From positions 120,001 through 152,000 of the forward strand of contig AP031373.1 in NCBI GenBank assembly GCA_042850255.1: a DNA stretch of 32,000 nucleotides, written 5' to 3'. This DNA is from Nanobdellota archaeon. Lineage in GTDB: Archaea; Nanobdellota; Nanobdellia; Nanobdellales; Nanobdellaceae. A program made the position numbers and the translations under genes. The first letter of the stretch is position 1; the number at the start of each line of letters is the position of its first letter. Positions 1 to 9,357 of the stretch are shown in pieces. Under the pieces are notes generated by a model, which saw only the letters and a program-made list of their open reading frames with translations, was not told the origin of the DNA and did not search any database.

Positions 1-116
1 TGGGTACTTTATCCATAAGAACATTTACATTAAAATTAGCAGAGAGATTAAATGTAAATCCATATGAAAGTAAAAATATTGTTGGATTAAAAGCATTTTT
101 AAAGAATATTATATGA
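1..116 (+). CDS. 3' end of an unidentified CDS entering from the left edge (…GTLSIRTFTLKLAERLNVNPYESKNIVGLKAFLKNII*)
   Basis: The frame is open from position 3 to the TGA at 114-116. That stop overlaps the next gene's ATG (ATGA, 113-116), which suggests translational coupling. I recognise no domain. Confidence 0.35.
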   Translation, partial: GTLSIRTFTLKLAERLNVNPYESKNIVGLKAFLKNII

Positions 117-550
117 TAAATTTAGAAAAATTAGAAAGAGAAGGAAAAATTGAAATATTAGAATTTAAAAATGATGTATCTACATCAGAAAAATCTGCAA
201 AGGAATCTGGATACCCAATAGAGAAAATTACTAAAAGTATATTAGTTATTGCAAATAACATACCTATATTAGTAATAATACAAGGAGATAAAAGAATAAA
301 TATAGAAAAATTATCAAAATATTTAAATACAGAAGTTAGATTGGCAAAGGCAAGAGAAGTAGAAAGATATACTGGATTTAAAATTGGAGGAGTTTGTCCA
401 TTATTAGTTAATACTAAAAAAGTATTAGATAAAAATATATTAAATTTAGATGAAGTATTAATTGGTGGAGGAGATACTCATAAATTAATTAAAATAAAAG
501 TAAAAGATTTAATAGAATTAACAAATCCTGAAATAATAGATATAACATAA
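113..550 (+). CDS. YbaK/ProX-type aminoacyl-tRNA deacylase domain protein
   Basis: 145 aa. The layout and the motif …YTGFKIGGVCPLL… followed by …LIGGGD… are typical of the YbaK/EbsC trans-editing family. Confidence 0.7.
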   Translation: MINLEKLEREGKIEILEFKNDVSTSEKSAKESGYPIEKITKSILVIANNIPILVIIQGDKRINIEKLSKYLNTEVRLAKAREVERYTGFKIGGVCPLLVNTKKVLDKNILNLDEVLIGGGDTHKLIKIKVKDLIELTNPEIIDIT

Positions 551-583
551 TTATTTTTAAATAATAAAAACAAAATAATAATT

Positions 584-844
584 ATGGTAAAAGTTATAAA
601 AAGATCTGGAAAAGAAGAAGAATATTTATCGGATAAAATATATAATTCTTTAATAAACAATAGCGTATTTAAGAAAATTGGAAATCAAATTGTGAAAAAA
701 ATTGATGAAAAAGTAAAAAATATGAAAAAGGTATCCACTAAGGAAATAAGAGAATATATTTTAAACAGATTACAACAGATAAAACCTGAAATTATAATAA
801 ATGGCAATCTTATAAAAAGATACCTAAGGAAAAACCAATGTTAA
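584..844 (+). CDS. Stand-alone ATP-cone domain protein
   Basis: 86 aa. It starts MVKVIKRSGKEEEYLSDKIYNSL…, matching the V-x-KRdG-x-x-E-x-f-x-x-x-KI ATP-cone signature, and the length fits a single ATP-cone. Confidence 0.6.
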   Translation: MVKVIKRSGKEEEYLSDKIYNSLINNSVFKKIGNQIVKKIDEKVKNMKKVSTKEIREYILNRLQQIKPEIIINGNLIKRYLRKNQC

Positions 845-1629
845 AATTAAAAACAAAAGATAAAGAACAAATAGTAAATAAAATTAAGTCCGATACAGCC
901 AAATTATTAATTCCATTGATCCTATTGATATTTCAAAATTTTATTGCTTCACTAGTTACTTTTTATACAATTAGTTATAATAATATAATTATCAATAACA
1001 ATAATAATATTTTACCAAATTCTGCACAAAATATAATTATTAGAGAGTCTCCGAGTACTTATATAAATGTCGGTAACATTATACTAGCTAACTTAGGTCT
1101 ACTTTCTATTTCTTTAATTTTTATAATGATTATATTTTCTGCTCTTTTTGAATGGTTTTATAGCTGGAATGAAAGTTTTAAGATACTTAGATCAGCGGGA
1201 TATGATGTTAAGAAAGGAAGATTGGGTTTTATATTAGTTTTAATAGGTATGCTAATTATAGTATCTACACTTGGATTATTAATGATCCATACTCAATCTA
1301 ATTATACTTATATTAATTTATCTTTATCATTTCGTTATTTAATATCAATTTCTCCAATCTTACAATATTTTTATATAGGAGATATTTTAACCCCAATGTT
1401 AATTGGAATTATACTTTCTACAATTGGAGAAATAATTTCATACAGCATGATTAAAAAATTATTTAAAAATAAATTAGTAAGAACAGGATCTATATTAAGT
1501 ATCATAGGATTTATAATAACCATCTTTGTCTCAATTCCTGGATTCATACTTATATTTATTGCTTCGGTTTTAATTTATACAGGGTTAAGAAAGGTAGAAA
1601 CTAAATTAAAAAGAAAAGTTCAAACATAA
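838..1629 (+). CDS. Integral membrane protein, unknown function
   Basis: 263 aa with several long hydrophobic segments. The start overlaps the upstream stop by 7 nt. Confidence 0.55.
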   Translation: MLKLKTKDKEQIVNKIKSDTAKLLIPLILLIFQNFIASLVTFYTISYNNIIINNNNNILPNSAQNIIIRESPSTYINVGNIILANLGLLSISLIFIMIIFSALFEWFYSWNESFKILRSAGYDVKKGRLGFILVLIGMLIIVSTLGLLMIHTQSNYTYINLSLSFRYLISISPILQYFYIGDILTPMLIGIILSTIGEIISYSMIKKLFKNKLVRTGSILSIIGFIITIFVSIPGFILIFIASVLIYTGLRKVETKLKRKVQT

Positions 1630-1712
1630 TTTTCATAAATCATTATATTTTTATTTAGTTATATTATTTACCTTCTATTAGCTTTATATAATAATTTATA
1701 CAAACAATTATT

Positions 1713-2762
1713 ATGAAAAATAAAATAATTATTTTTACAACAATATTATCAACAATAGGACCTGCAATATTGGCAACTACCCATCTATCTATATATATAA
1801 CATTGCCATCATTTTTACTAGCATTAATAATATCCTATTTAACTTATTTATTAGTAAATTATAAAGGGGATTATACAGGATTATATGGATATTCAAAAGA
1901 TTTCCATCCTTTAGTAGGTTATATATTTTTAATTAGCTGGTTAGTTAGTTATTATTTATATACAATCTATACAGCAATTTATATTCCATATTATTTATTA
2001 AATCTAGATGGAAATATTGCAACTATGTTATCTATAATAATAGAAACAGTAATTGTTATTTCATTATTAACAAATTTTTATTATATATTTCCAATAATAA
2101 TATTTTCTCAACTATTCTTTATATTACCATTTAATATAAAATTACAATCTGGAAATTTAGTAAATATACATTCTTTATTTTATAATATTTTATCTTCTTC
2201 ATTAATATTAGTTTGTATAACATTATCTACATTTTTCAAATTTGAGAAAGAATATTCGAAATATGTTTTATATTCTGCAATAATTGGAGGAATTTTATTA
2301 ATTTATGGTTCATTTTTCATATTATCTAAATTTTCAATATATGGAGAAGCTATAGGAAATTTTGGTTTAATAATGGTTGAATTTTTAGCAATAAAAGATT
2401 TGTTTAAAGGATTAAATAAAGAAAAAATAATAAAATATTTGGCTTTATTATCTATTCCAATAGTTGCAATAGGAAATATAAATTATAATATATTTTATAA
2501 TTCTTTAATAGCTCCATCAGTTACTTTATTATACTTAAGTCTATTTTTAGGATTTTTATCAATATTTAGATATTTCAAATCATATAAAATATGGATATTA
2601 AATATTATTGCATTATCTTTATTTATCTTTGGATTATATAATGCAATTATATCTTCAAGAGGACATTTATTTTATGAATCTATAAGTGCTCTAATTTTAT
2701 CTATATTAATAGGAAGTATAGTATATGTCAAAAAATACAATATTATAAAAAATACTTATTGA
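1713..2762 (+). CDS. Polytopic membrane protein (about 10 hydrophobic helices), unknown function
   Basis: 349 aa, almost entirely hydrophobic helices. I recognise no signature. Confidence 0.55.
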   Translation: MKNKIIIFTTILSTIGPAILATTHLSIYITLPSFLLALIISYLTYLLVNYKGDYTGLYGYSKDFHPLVGYIFLISWLVSYYLYTIYTAIYIPYYLLNLDGNIATMLSIIIETVIVISLLTNFYYIFPIIIFSQLFFILPFNIKLQSGNLVNIHSLFYNILSSSLILVCITLSTFFKFEKEYSKYVLYSAIIGGILLIYGSFFILSKFSIYGEAIGNFGLIMVEFLAIKDLFKGLNKEKIIKYLALLSIPIVAIGNINYNIFYNSLIAPSVTLLYLSLFLGFLSIFRYFKSYKIWILNIIALSLFIFGLYNAIISSRGHLFYESISALILSILIGSIVYVKKYNIIKNTY

Positions 2763-2783
2763 TATTTTATTTTACTAAATTGA

Positions 2784-3044
2784 TTATATCTTTTTTTCTC
2801 CAATAATTTCTCTTAATAATCTTATAAATTCATTATAATTATATAATTCTCCAGATAATTTATTATAAATTGTTCTATCTCTATTTACAAAGAAATATTT
2901 ATCATATTTTATAAAATTTTCTATTAAAAAACTTTTCCCAGTTTTTCTCCTACCATATATAATCATTCTTGGAAAACTATTATTAATTTCTTTTATTTCT
3001 ATGAATCTATTTATTATGTTTATATTCATAATGATATCGTTCAT
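2784..3044 (-). pseudogene. N-terminal remnant of an archaeal ATPase (Arch_ATPase/PF01637-like, Walker A only)
   Basis: The 86-aa ORF contains …PRMIIYGRRKTGKSFLIENFIK…, the G-R-R-x-x-GK-S/T P-loop context of this family. Full-length members are several-fold longer. The ORF ends 21 nt from the convergent neighbour. Confidence 0.55.
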
Positions 3045-3117
3045 AATATTTCTTGTATTATTTTTAATTATGACTATATAGTGATAAATATTTAAATTTT
3101 CCTATTATTTAATTGTT

Positions 3118-4215
3118 ATGACTAAGAAAAGCAAGGGTCTAAAAGAATCTTTGAATGATATAATTAGAAAAAACGAAATAAATAAAGAAGAAATAATAGA
3201 TATTATTGATAGTTTCTGGAATAGAGAAAATATTGACGAAAATACTATAATAGATAATAAATTTAAAAGTTCTAATGATGAATATTTAAGAATAACATAT
3301 ATTAGAGATATTATTAAATCAAAGATGATGATAGGAACTTCAATGTCTATTCCAAATAATATAGGATTATATATTCATTCAAATATTAATAATTTATATA
3401 AATTGTTAATGTCTTATCAATTTGCTGAATTAATTTTAAATAATAATGCCAATGTATTTATGCAAAAATGGAATATATATCCCCCTATATCAAGAATTTA
3501 TGAAATAGATTTATCTAGTATGAGAATAACACCACTAGAAGATCCTTTAGAGTATGATGTAGAAATATTTTTTGTACATTTTTTAGATAATAAAGGTAGA
3601 ATAAAAAATAATCTAAAAGAAATTTTAGGTAAATTATCCAACTATATAAAATTAGACGAGTTACCCAAATTTAGCAATTATTCAAATGTTTATAATTTAT
3701 CTATTCTAAAATTAAAAAATATGGATAATAAAACAATAAATGGAAGAATATATATTGATGATCCCGAAAGTTTGGAGTGGGCAGCTAAGCTTTCTTTATT
3801 TTATGCTACTATGGATAAAGATCTTTTATCGACAATTATAAGAAAAACTAATTCTTATAGCATATTTGAATATATTTCCTTGTTAGCATCAAGTGATGTA
3901 AAAAAACCTAAAGAAGAAATAAACTATTATTATATATTATCTGCTAATTTTGAAGGATTGGAGAAATTAATAAATAACATAGGGGGATCTTATAATATAT
4001 ATAATCAAATTGAAGATATTAATAAATTTCCTAAATATGGATTATTGTTATGTACAAACTATGATAATAAAAATGTTTTAGGTATTGTAAATAATATTAT
4101 AACAACTAATAATAGAATAGATAATATAGAACTATCTATACCAGGAGGAAAATCTATTAATATAAGAGGCTATGAAAGGAATCTAATAAAAGAACCAATA
4201 GAATGCTTTAAATAA
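3118..4215 (+). CDS. Hypothetical protein (orphan, 365 aa)
   Basis: Long uninterrupted ORF in AT-rich DNA where stop codons are frequent. I recognise no domain. Confidence 0.55.
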   Translation: MTKKSKGLKESLNDIIRKNEINKEEIIDIIDSFWNRENIDENTIIDNKFKSSNDEYLRITYIRDIIKSKMMIGTSMSIPNNIGLYIHSNINNLYKLLMSYQFAELILNNNANVFMQKWNIYPPISRIYEIDLSSMRITPLEDPLEYDVEIFFVHFLDNKGRIKNNLKEILGKLSNYIKLDELPKFSNYSNVYNLSILKLKNMDNKTINGRIYIDDPESLEWAAKLSLFYATMDKDLLSTIIRKTNSYSIFEYISLLASSDVKKPKEEINYYYILSANFEGLEKLINNIGGSYNIYNQIEDINKFPKYGLLLCTNYDNKNVLGIVNNIITTNNRIDNIELSIPGGKSINIRGYERNLIKEPIECFK

Positions 4216-4236
4216 TTTTTTAATTAATTTTTTATT

Positions 4237-4581
4237 ATGATAAAAATAAAGAGAGTTTATGATCCTATTGAAAATGATGATGGAATAAGAATTTTAGTTG
4301 ATAGAATCTGGCCAAGAGGTATTAAAAAAGATAAAATATATATTTGGTTGAAAGATATAGCCCCTAGTAATGAATTAAGAAAATGGTTTAATCATGATCC
4401 AAATAAATGGGAAGAATTTAAAAGAAGATATTTTGAAGAATTAGATAAAAATTCTGAATTGAATAAGCTAATAGAAATAATAAAAAATAACAAAAATGTA
4501 ACACTATTATATTCTGCAAAATCTCCATATAATAATGCAGTGGCATTAAAAGAATATCTAGAAAAATTAAAAATTATATAG
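4237..4581 (+). CDS. DUF488 (YeaO-like) family protein
   Basis: 114 aa. RVYD…[15 protein letters not shown]…[33 protein letters not shown] matches the DUF488 consensus along its whole length. Confidence 0.85.
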   Translation: MIKIKRVYDPIENDDGIRILVDRIWPRGIKKDKIYIWLKDIAPSNELRKWFNHDPNKWEEFKRRYFEELDKNSELNKLIEIIKNNKNVTLLYSAKSPYNNAVALKEYLEKLKII

Positions 4582-5547
4582 TTATTTTTCTCTATAACTA
4601 TTTAATTTCTCTAAATAATAATTATCTTCCTTCTCACATAATTCTTCCATCTTTTTATTTATTTCTTTTTTATCTAATATAGATTTCCAGAATTCAATAT
4701 TATTATTTATGTTTTCTAGATATTTTATACTTTCTGTTGGATTTATATAAATTTTAGTATGTTTACATTCGTAATATATAATAGAGTCTTTAATGTTAAA
4801 TTTTTTATTATTCAATTCTTTTTGCATACATGCTAAAGAATAGAGTCCTTTAATTATATCCGGATTATTATAATATTTAATTATAGAAGATCTATTTTCA
4901 CAAAATTCTTTAAATATTTTTTCTGATTCTTTATCCTTTATCCAACCAATACCTTTTCTATTTTCTATATCATTACAACTCTTTTTTAATAAATCTTCTG
5001 GTAAAAATGGTAAAACATAATATAATAATATCTCTTTATTTCCTACATTTGGTATTATATAATCGTTATATTTATAGAAAGAACTATTTATTACAATAGT
5101 AGGACATCCCATGTTTTTAATATCTTCATATTTTGGCAATCTTTTATTTCTTTCTATATAATCCTTTATTTTATCTTCATATTCTTCCGCTATCTTTTCT
5201 CTAAGTTTTAATGATAAATTAGTAAGATATAGAATTATAGCCCTTTCAGGATCCTTTATAGCAATATTAAATAAATAAGGTTTTAATACTTCTTTTAGAG
5301 AATCTTTTGCTATTTAAAATAATGATTCTTCTATTAATAAATCCAAATCCTTATAAGAGTAATTATTATTTTTAGCTATTTCATCAAATATAATTTTTCT
5401 TATTTTCATTATATCTTCATCTAATAAATATTCTACAGTATAAACTATCAGATCTTTGAGTATATCACTATCTGGAATAGAAGAAACTATTAATCTAAGT
5501 TTCTCTTTTATTCCTTCATATATAAATTCATTCGACTCTTCAGACAT
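4582..5547 (-). pseudogene. Member 0 of the ~310-aa paralog family, interrupted by one in-frame TAA (5314-5316)
   Basis: Track ORFs 5314..5547 and 4582..5139 are in the same frame. My manual translation of 5140-5313 has no further stop, and the listed start at 5139 is only a TTG. The joined 321 codons match family length and motifs (YIIPNV…LLYYVLPFL…IGWIKDKESEKIFKEFCENRSSIIKYY…NINNNIEFW). Confidence 0.6.
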
Positions 5548-5595
5548 TCTAAAATAATATTAAAAAGCTTTAAATTCTTTATTACTACACTATAA

Positions 5596-6546
5596 CTAAT
5601 AAATTTTATAATAATTTTTATTTAAAACTTTCCCAGCTAATCTATACCAAAATAAGATATTTTCATTTATATTTCTTAGATTCTCTATATAACTTTTCTC
5701 ATTTTCTGAACTATTATTTAATACAATATTCCATCGTAAATCAAAATTTTTTAAATTATTGTTATCTAAATCAAGGATTATTCTAAGATATCCAACTTCA
5801 TTAATTTTATTATAAAAACTGTTTAAATATATTTCAAAATCTTCATTTATATATTTCTTATAATATTTTATTATAGATTCTGGATTGTTATAGTATTCTC
5901 TAAAAACTATGTATGGACTAAAACTGGCAAAATATTTTATTATATATCCTTTTTCTATATCTTCATAAATTTTTTTCATTATGTGATCAGGTATAGATGG
6001 GAGAATAGATAATAATGTTTTTGTTCTTCTAATTATTGGAAAATAATAATTATCACTAATATTATAAAATACTTCTGGATTTTTACTATATATATCTTCT
6101 GATATATTCAATTTACCACTTTCTCTTATATTTGATAATATATCTATAAAATTATCTATATCTTCGATACTAACAGGTTTTCTATTTATTCCAATTTCAT
6201 ATATATCTTTATGTATTAATTCTAAAGTATAAAAAGAGATATAAAATCTTATACAAGTACCTCTACTGTTACAAAATAATTTATAAAAATCTTCTTTAGT
6301 TTTTATTTCTTGTAATAATTTATCTATATAATCTTTAGCTTCCTTATATAATGTATTTTTTATTATATTACTTAAATTCTCTTCTCCATGTCTTTTTCCT
6401 TTTATTATATCTTTTGCTGTTTTTTCTATTATATCTTTTTTAGCTTCCTTTAGATAATAATTTATAATATTTGTATTATTTTCCTTAATTTTATAGTAAT
6501 TATTAATTATATGATCTATTTTATTTCTTATATCAATCTTTTTCAT
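5596..6546 (-). CDS. Paralog family member 1 (316 aa), unknown function
   Basis: Shares family motifs: YYFPII…LLSILPSIPDHI…FREYYNNPESIIKYYKKY…NINENILFWY. Confidence 0.7.
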   Translation of the reverse strand: MKKIDIRNKIDHIINNYYKIKENNTNIINYYLKEAKKDIIEKTAKDIIKGKRHGEENLSNIIKNTLYKEAKDYIDKLLQEIKTKEDFYKLFCNSRGTCIRFYISFYTLELIHKDIYEIGINRKPVSIEDIDNFIDILSNIRESGKLNISEDIYSKNPEVFYNISDNYYFPIIRRTKTLLSILPSIPDHIMKKIYEDIEKGYIIKYFASFSPYIVFREYYNNPESIIKYYKKYINEDFEIYLNSFYNKINEVGYLRIILDLDNNNLKNFDLRWNIVLNNSSENEKSYIENLRNINENILFWYRLAGKVLNKNYYKIY

Positions 6547-6601
6547 AATTATTATTTATAAAATATATTTAACTTTATTACGCAGTTATATTTATATTAT
6601 C

Positions 6602-7519
6602 CTATATCCTATCTTTACAATTATCTATAATATTATACCAAAATCTGATATTATTATTTACATTTCTAATAGTTTCTATATATTTCAAAACTTCTAAGAA
6701 ATTAAAATTATTATTTTCATACATTTTATTTATAATAGCTTTTTCTATATCACGCCATGCATCACAATATTCTTCATATCTTGCATTCTTTCTAATATCA
6801 GAAACTTCTTTTACTATATCATGATACTCGGTAAAAACATATAATCCCTTCGCTATATCTTTATTTAATTGTTCATAATATTTTATTATTGAACATTGGT
6901 TATTACAATATTCTTTAAATATTTCTAAAGCTTTTTCATTATTTAAAAAGTTCCTTGCTTTTTCTGAATTTTTATTATTTACTGCATTACAGTACTCATC
7001 TTTTATATTTTCACTAATAGATGGTATAACTTGTAAAATTTCTTCTTTATTTTTTATTACTGGAAGGATATAACCACTTACTCTAATAGTTGCATTTCTT
7101 AATTCTTTTTTATTTACTTTTGATACTATATCACTTGATAATAAATGTCCAAGTGATTTAGTATAATATATTACCTTTTTTCTATATATTTCATAATCAT
7201 TTGTATTTTCAAGCTCTATAAAAATGTTTACACAATTTTTATATGTTAAATTTGCTAAATTATATGATATACTATATATTAATGCATCTTCTAAAGATTT
7301 AAATTTTTTTAAATATTTTTCTTCCAACATAAATTTTATTAAATCCTCCAAATTTCCATCATCTTCTATTTTTAATACATTATCATATAGAATTTTCAAA
7401 AGTTTATTTTTAGATTCTTCTATATAATTATAAATTAAATCATTATTATTGGTATCTGCTTTAAAATGCTCGTTTATTATTTTTTTAATACTATCTTTTA
7501 AACTTTTATTCGATATCAT
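6602..7519 (-). CDS. Paralog family member 2 (305 aa), unknown function
   Basis: Family motifs: GYILPVI…ILQVIPSISENI…NNEKALEIFKEYCNNQCSIIKYY…NVNNNIRFWY. Confidence 0.7.
   Translation of the reverse strand: MISNKSLKDSIKKIINEHFKADTNNNDLIYNYIEESKNKLLKILYDNVLKIEDDGNLEDLIKFMLEEKYLKKFKSLEDALIYSISYNLANLTYKNCVNIFIELENTNDYEIYRKKVIYYTKSLGHLLSSDIVSKVNKKELRNATIRVSGYILPVIKNKEEILQVIPSISENIKDEYCNAVNNKNSEKARNFLNNEKALEIFKEYCNNQCSIIKYYEQLNKDIAKGLYVFTEYHDIVKEVSDIRKNARYEEYCDAWRDIEKAIINKMYENNNFNFLEVLKYIETIRNVNNNIRFWYNIIDNCKDRI
6875..6946. repeat. 72-nt tract near-identical to 7794-7865 (copy A)
   Basis: Direct comparison gives 71/72 identical positions, with the mismatch at 6897 versus 7816. The flanking sequence of the two paralogs is strongly diverged. 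Confidence 0.85.
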
Positions 7520-8441
7520 AATCTTTTAAACATTTTATAGACATTTCGAGCCAGAAAGCAATATTACCATTAGTATTCTCCAATACTTCTATAGCCTTTA
7601 GCATATTATAAATGTTTTTATTATTATTTTCAATTATTATATATTTTCCAACAGATTTCCAAATTCTTACTAATTTATCATATTTATTTGGCCCCTTACT
7701 TTCTTCTAATTCTTTGGATTTACTATACAAATTCTCAGGTACACTTTTTAAATATCTTAAATATTCATCAAACGATTTATCTACATATTTCTTATAATAT
7801 TTTATTATTGAACATGGGTTATTACAATATTCTTTAAATATTTCTAAAGCTTTTTCATTATTTAACCATTCAATTTCTTGATTATTTTCTATTTCTCTAC
7901 AAAATTTTTTCTTTATATCATGTCTAATCGATGGAAGTATATGTAACAAATCTATTATATTTTCTTTTTCATCTTTATAATTAATTTTTGGAAATATATA
8001 GTCATATCTGATTATTATTTTATCACTACTTTTACATCTTATTTTATCTATATCGTCTCTTCTTAAAGACATACCGGTACTCCTTAAATATTCTATAAGT
8101 CTTTCCCTACAATCATTTACTCTCAATATATCTAATTGTAAATTGTATGAATTCTTTTTATGCATATTTTCTATAGAAATAATAGATATAGATGTTTTAA
8201 TTAATTCATCTAAAGATTCGGAATTTACTTTATTTACTAAATCTTCATCTAAATATTTTTTAATTATATTAATTATTATATTTTTAATATCTTCTATACT
8301 ATAATTATAAGTATTTTTCAAATTTTCATTAATATTATTTTTTAAATAATCTGCAGATTCCTTAACATAATTTTTTATATATTTATACTTTTTATTAATG
8401 GGTTTATTAATTATACTATTAATATAATCTTGTATATCCAT
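7506..8441 (-). CDS. Paralog family member 3 (311 aa), unknown function
   Basis: Family motifs: YIFPKI…LLHILPSIRHDI…NNEKALEIFKEYCNNPCSIIKYY…NTNGNIAFWL. Its 3' end overlaps the start of member 2 by 14 nt. Confidence 0.7.
   Translation of the reverse strand: MDIQDYINSIINKPINKKYKYIKNYVKESADYLKNNINENLKNTYNYSIEDIKNIIINIIKKYLDEDLVNKVNSESLDELIKTSISIISIENMHKKNSYNLQLDILRVNDCRERLIEYLRSTGMSLRRDDIDKIRCKSSDKIIIRYDYIFPKINYKDEKENIIDLLHILPSIRHDIKKKFCREIENNQEIEWLNNEKALEIFKEYCNNPCSIIKYYKKYVDKSFDEYLRYLKSVPENLYSKSKELEESKGPNKYDKLVRIWKSVGKYIIIENNNKNIYNMLKAIEVLENTNGNIAFWLEMSIKCLKDYDIE
7794..7865. repeat. 72-nt tract near-identical to 6875-6946 (copy B)
   Basis: See copy A. The tract encodes NNEKALEIFKEYCNN(Q/P)CSIIKYY. 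Confidence 0.85.
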
Positions 8442-9357
8442 TTTCTATTTTCAAGCAAGTAATTGCAATATTTAACCATCCAAATATATTACTATTAACT
8501 TCCAAAACTCTCTCTATTTTCATTAATTCTTCGACTTTTTTATTATAGATATATTCTAATTCTATTCTCATTCTACTCCTAAAATTTTTTTCATATCTTA
8601 CTCTATCATTCAAACCAGGTTTTATTATATCTTTATATTCTAAAAAATTTTTTAGATATTCGCTAAAATTTGGATCTATGATTTTATTATAATAATCTAA
8701 TATAGAGCATTTATTTTTACAATATTCTTTAAATACTTTTTTAACATCCTCATTTTTTATCCATTCTATTTTATGATCATTCTTGGTTAATTCTTTATAT
8801 ATATTATCTTTTATGTTTCCATACATTGATGGAATTATATATAAAAGATCTTCTAATTTGTTTATTTCAGGAAAATATTTGCCCTTAAAAGTATATAATT
8901 TTGATGTATTAAATCTAGAACACTCAATTTCTGATAAATTTGTATTATTTACTAAAAATCCTATTTCTCTTATATATTTTCTAATTCTTTCTTCACATCC
9001 ATTAATTTTTTTAATATCCTCAATTTTGTTATCTCTAATATATTGAGTTTGTATATCCTTTTTTTGAAAACCTTTATATAGAAGCAGTATAAATTTATCA
9101 GATAAGTCTCCTGGTATCTCTTTTTTCGTAAAACCAAGTCTCCTTAATTCTCTATCTATTATAAAACTCATCAACATATCCAAATAATTAGAATTTTTGT
9201 CTATATATTTCTCAGAAATATCAATTAATTTTTTTATTTCATTATTAATATAATATTTAATTAGAGTATTTTCTAATATATTAGAATCTCCAATATATTC
9301 TTTTATTGAATCCTGTAAGATGTTTCTTATACTAATTTCTAAATCTTCATTATGCAT
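8419..9357 (-). CDS. Paralog family member 4 (312 aa), unknown function
   Basis: Family motifs: KYFPEI…LLYIIPSMYGNI…IEWIKNEDVKKVFKEYCKNKCSILDYY…VNSNIFGWL. Its 3' end overlaps the start of member 3 by 23 nt. Confidence 0.7.
   Translation of the reverse strand: MHNEDLEISIRNILQDSIKEYIGDSNILENTLIKYYINNEIKKLIDISEKYIDKNSNYLDMLMSFIIDRELRRLGFTKKEIPGDLSDKFILLLYKGFQKKDIQTQYIRDNKIEDIKKINGCEERIRKYIREIGFLVNNTNLSEIECSRFNTSKLYTFKGKYFPEINKLEDLLYIIPSMYGNIKDNIYKELTKNDHKIEWIKNEDVKKVFKEYCKNKCSILDYYNKIIDPNFSEYLKNFLEYKDIIKPGLNDRVRYEKNFRSRMRIELEYIYNKKVEELMKIERVLEVNSNIFGWLNIAITCLKIENGYTRLY

Noticed and set aside
3281-3340. ATGATGA C-box-like motifs inside coding regions (for example at about 3283, 3330, 4274, 11900, 18770, 21421 and 26620)
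   Set aside because: Their number is close to the chance expectation for this base composition. They lie within well-supported CDSs, and none has a D box at the proper spacing.
5137-5139. Start codon listed for the 185-aa ORF 4582..5139
   Set aside because: It is a TTG within a continuously open frame that extends up to the TAA at 5314-5316. It is an artefact of ORF calling, not evidence for an independent gene start.
7224-9046. Plus-strand ORFs 7224..7427, 7612..7797 and 8783..9046 inside the paralog array
   Set aside because: They lie entirely antisense to longer minus-strand genes with family-conserved motifs. Their low-complexity F/L/S/I-rich translations are typical shadow ORFs of AT-rich coding DNA.
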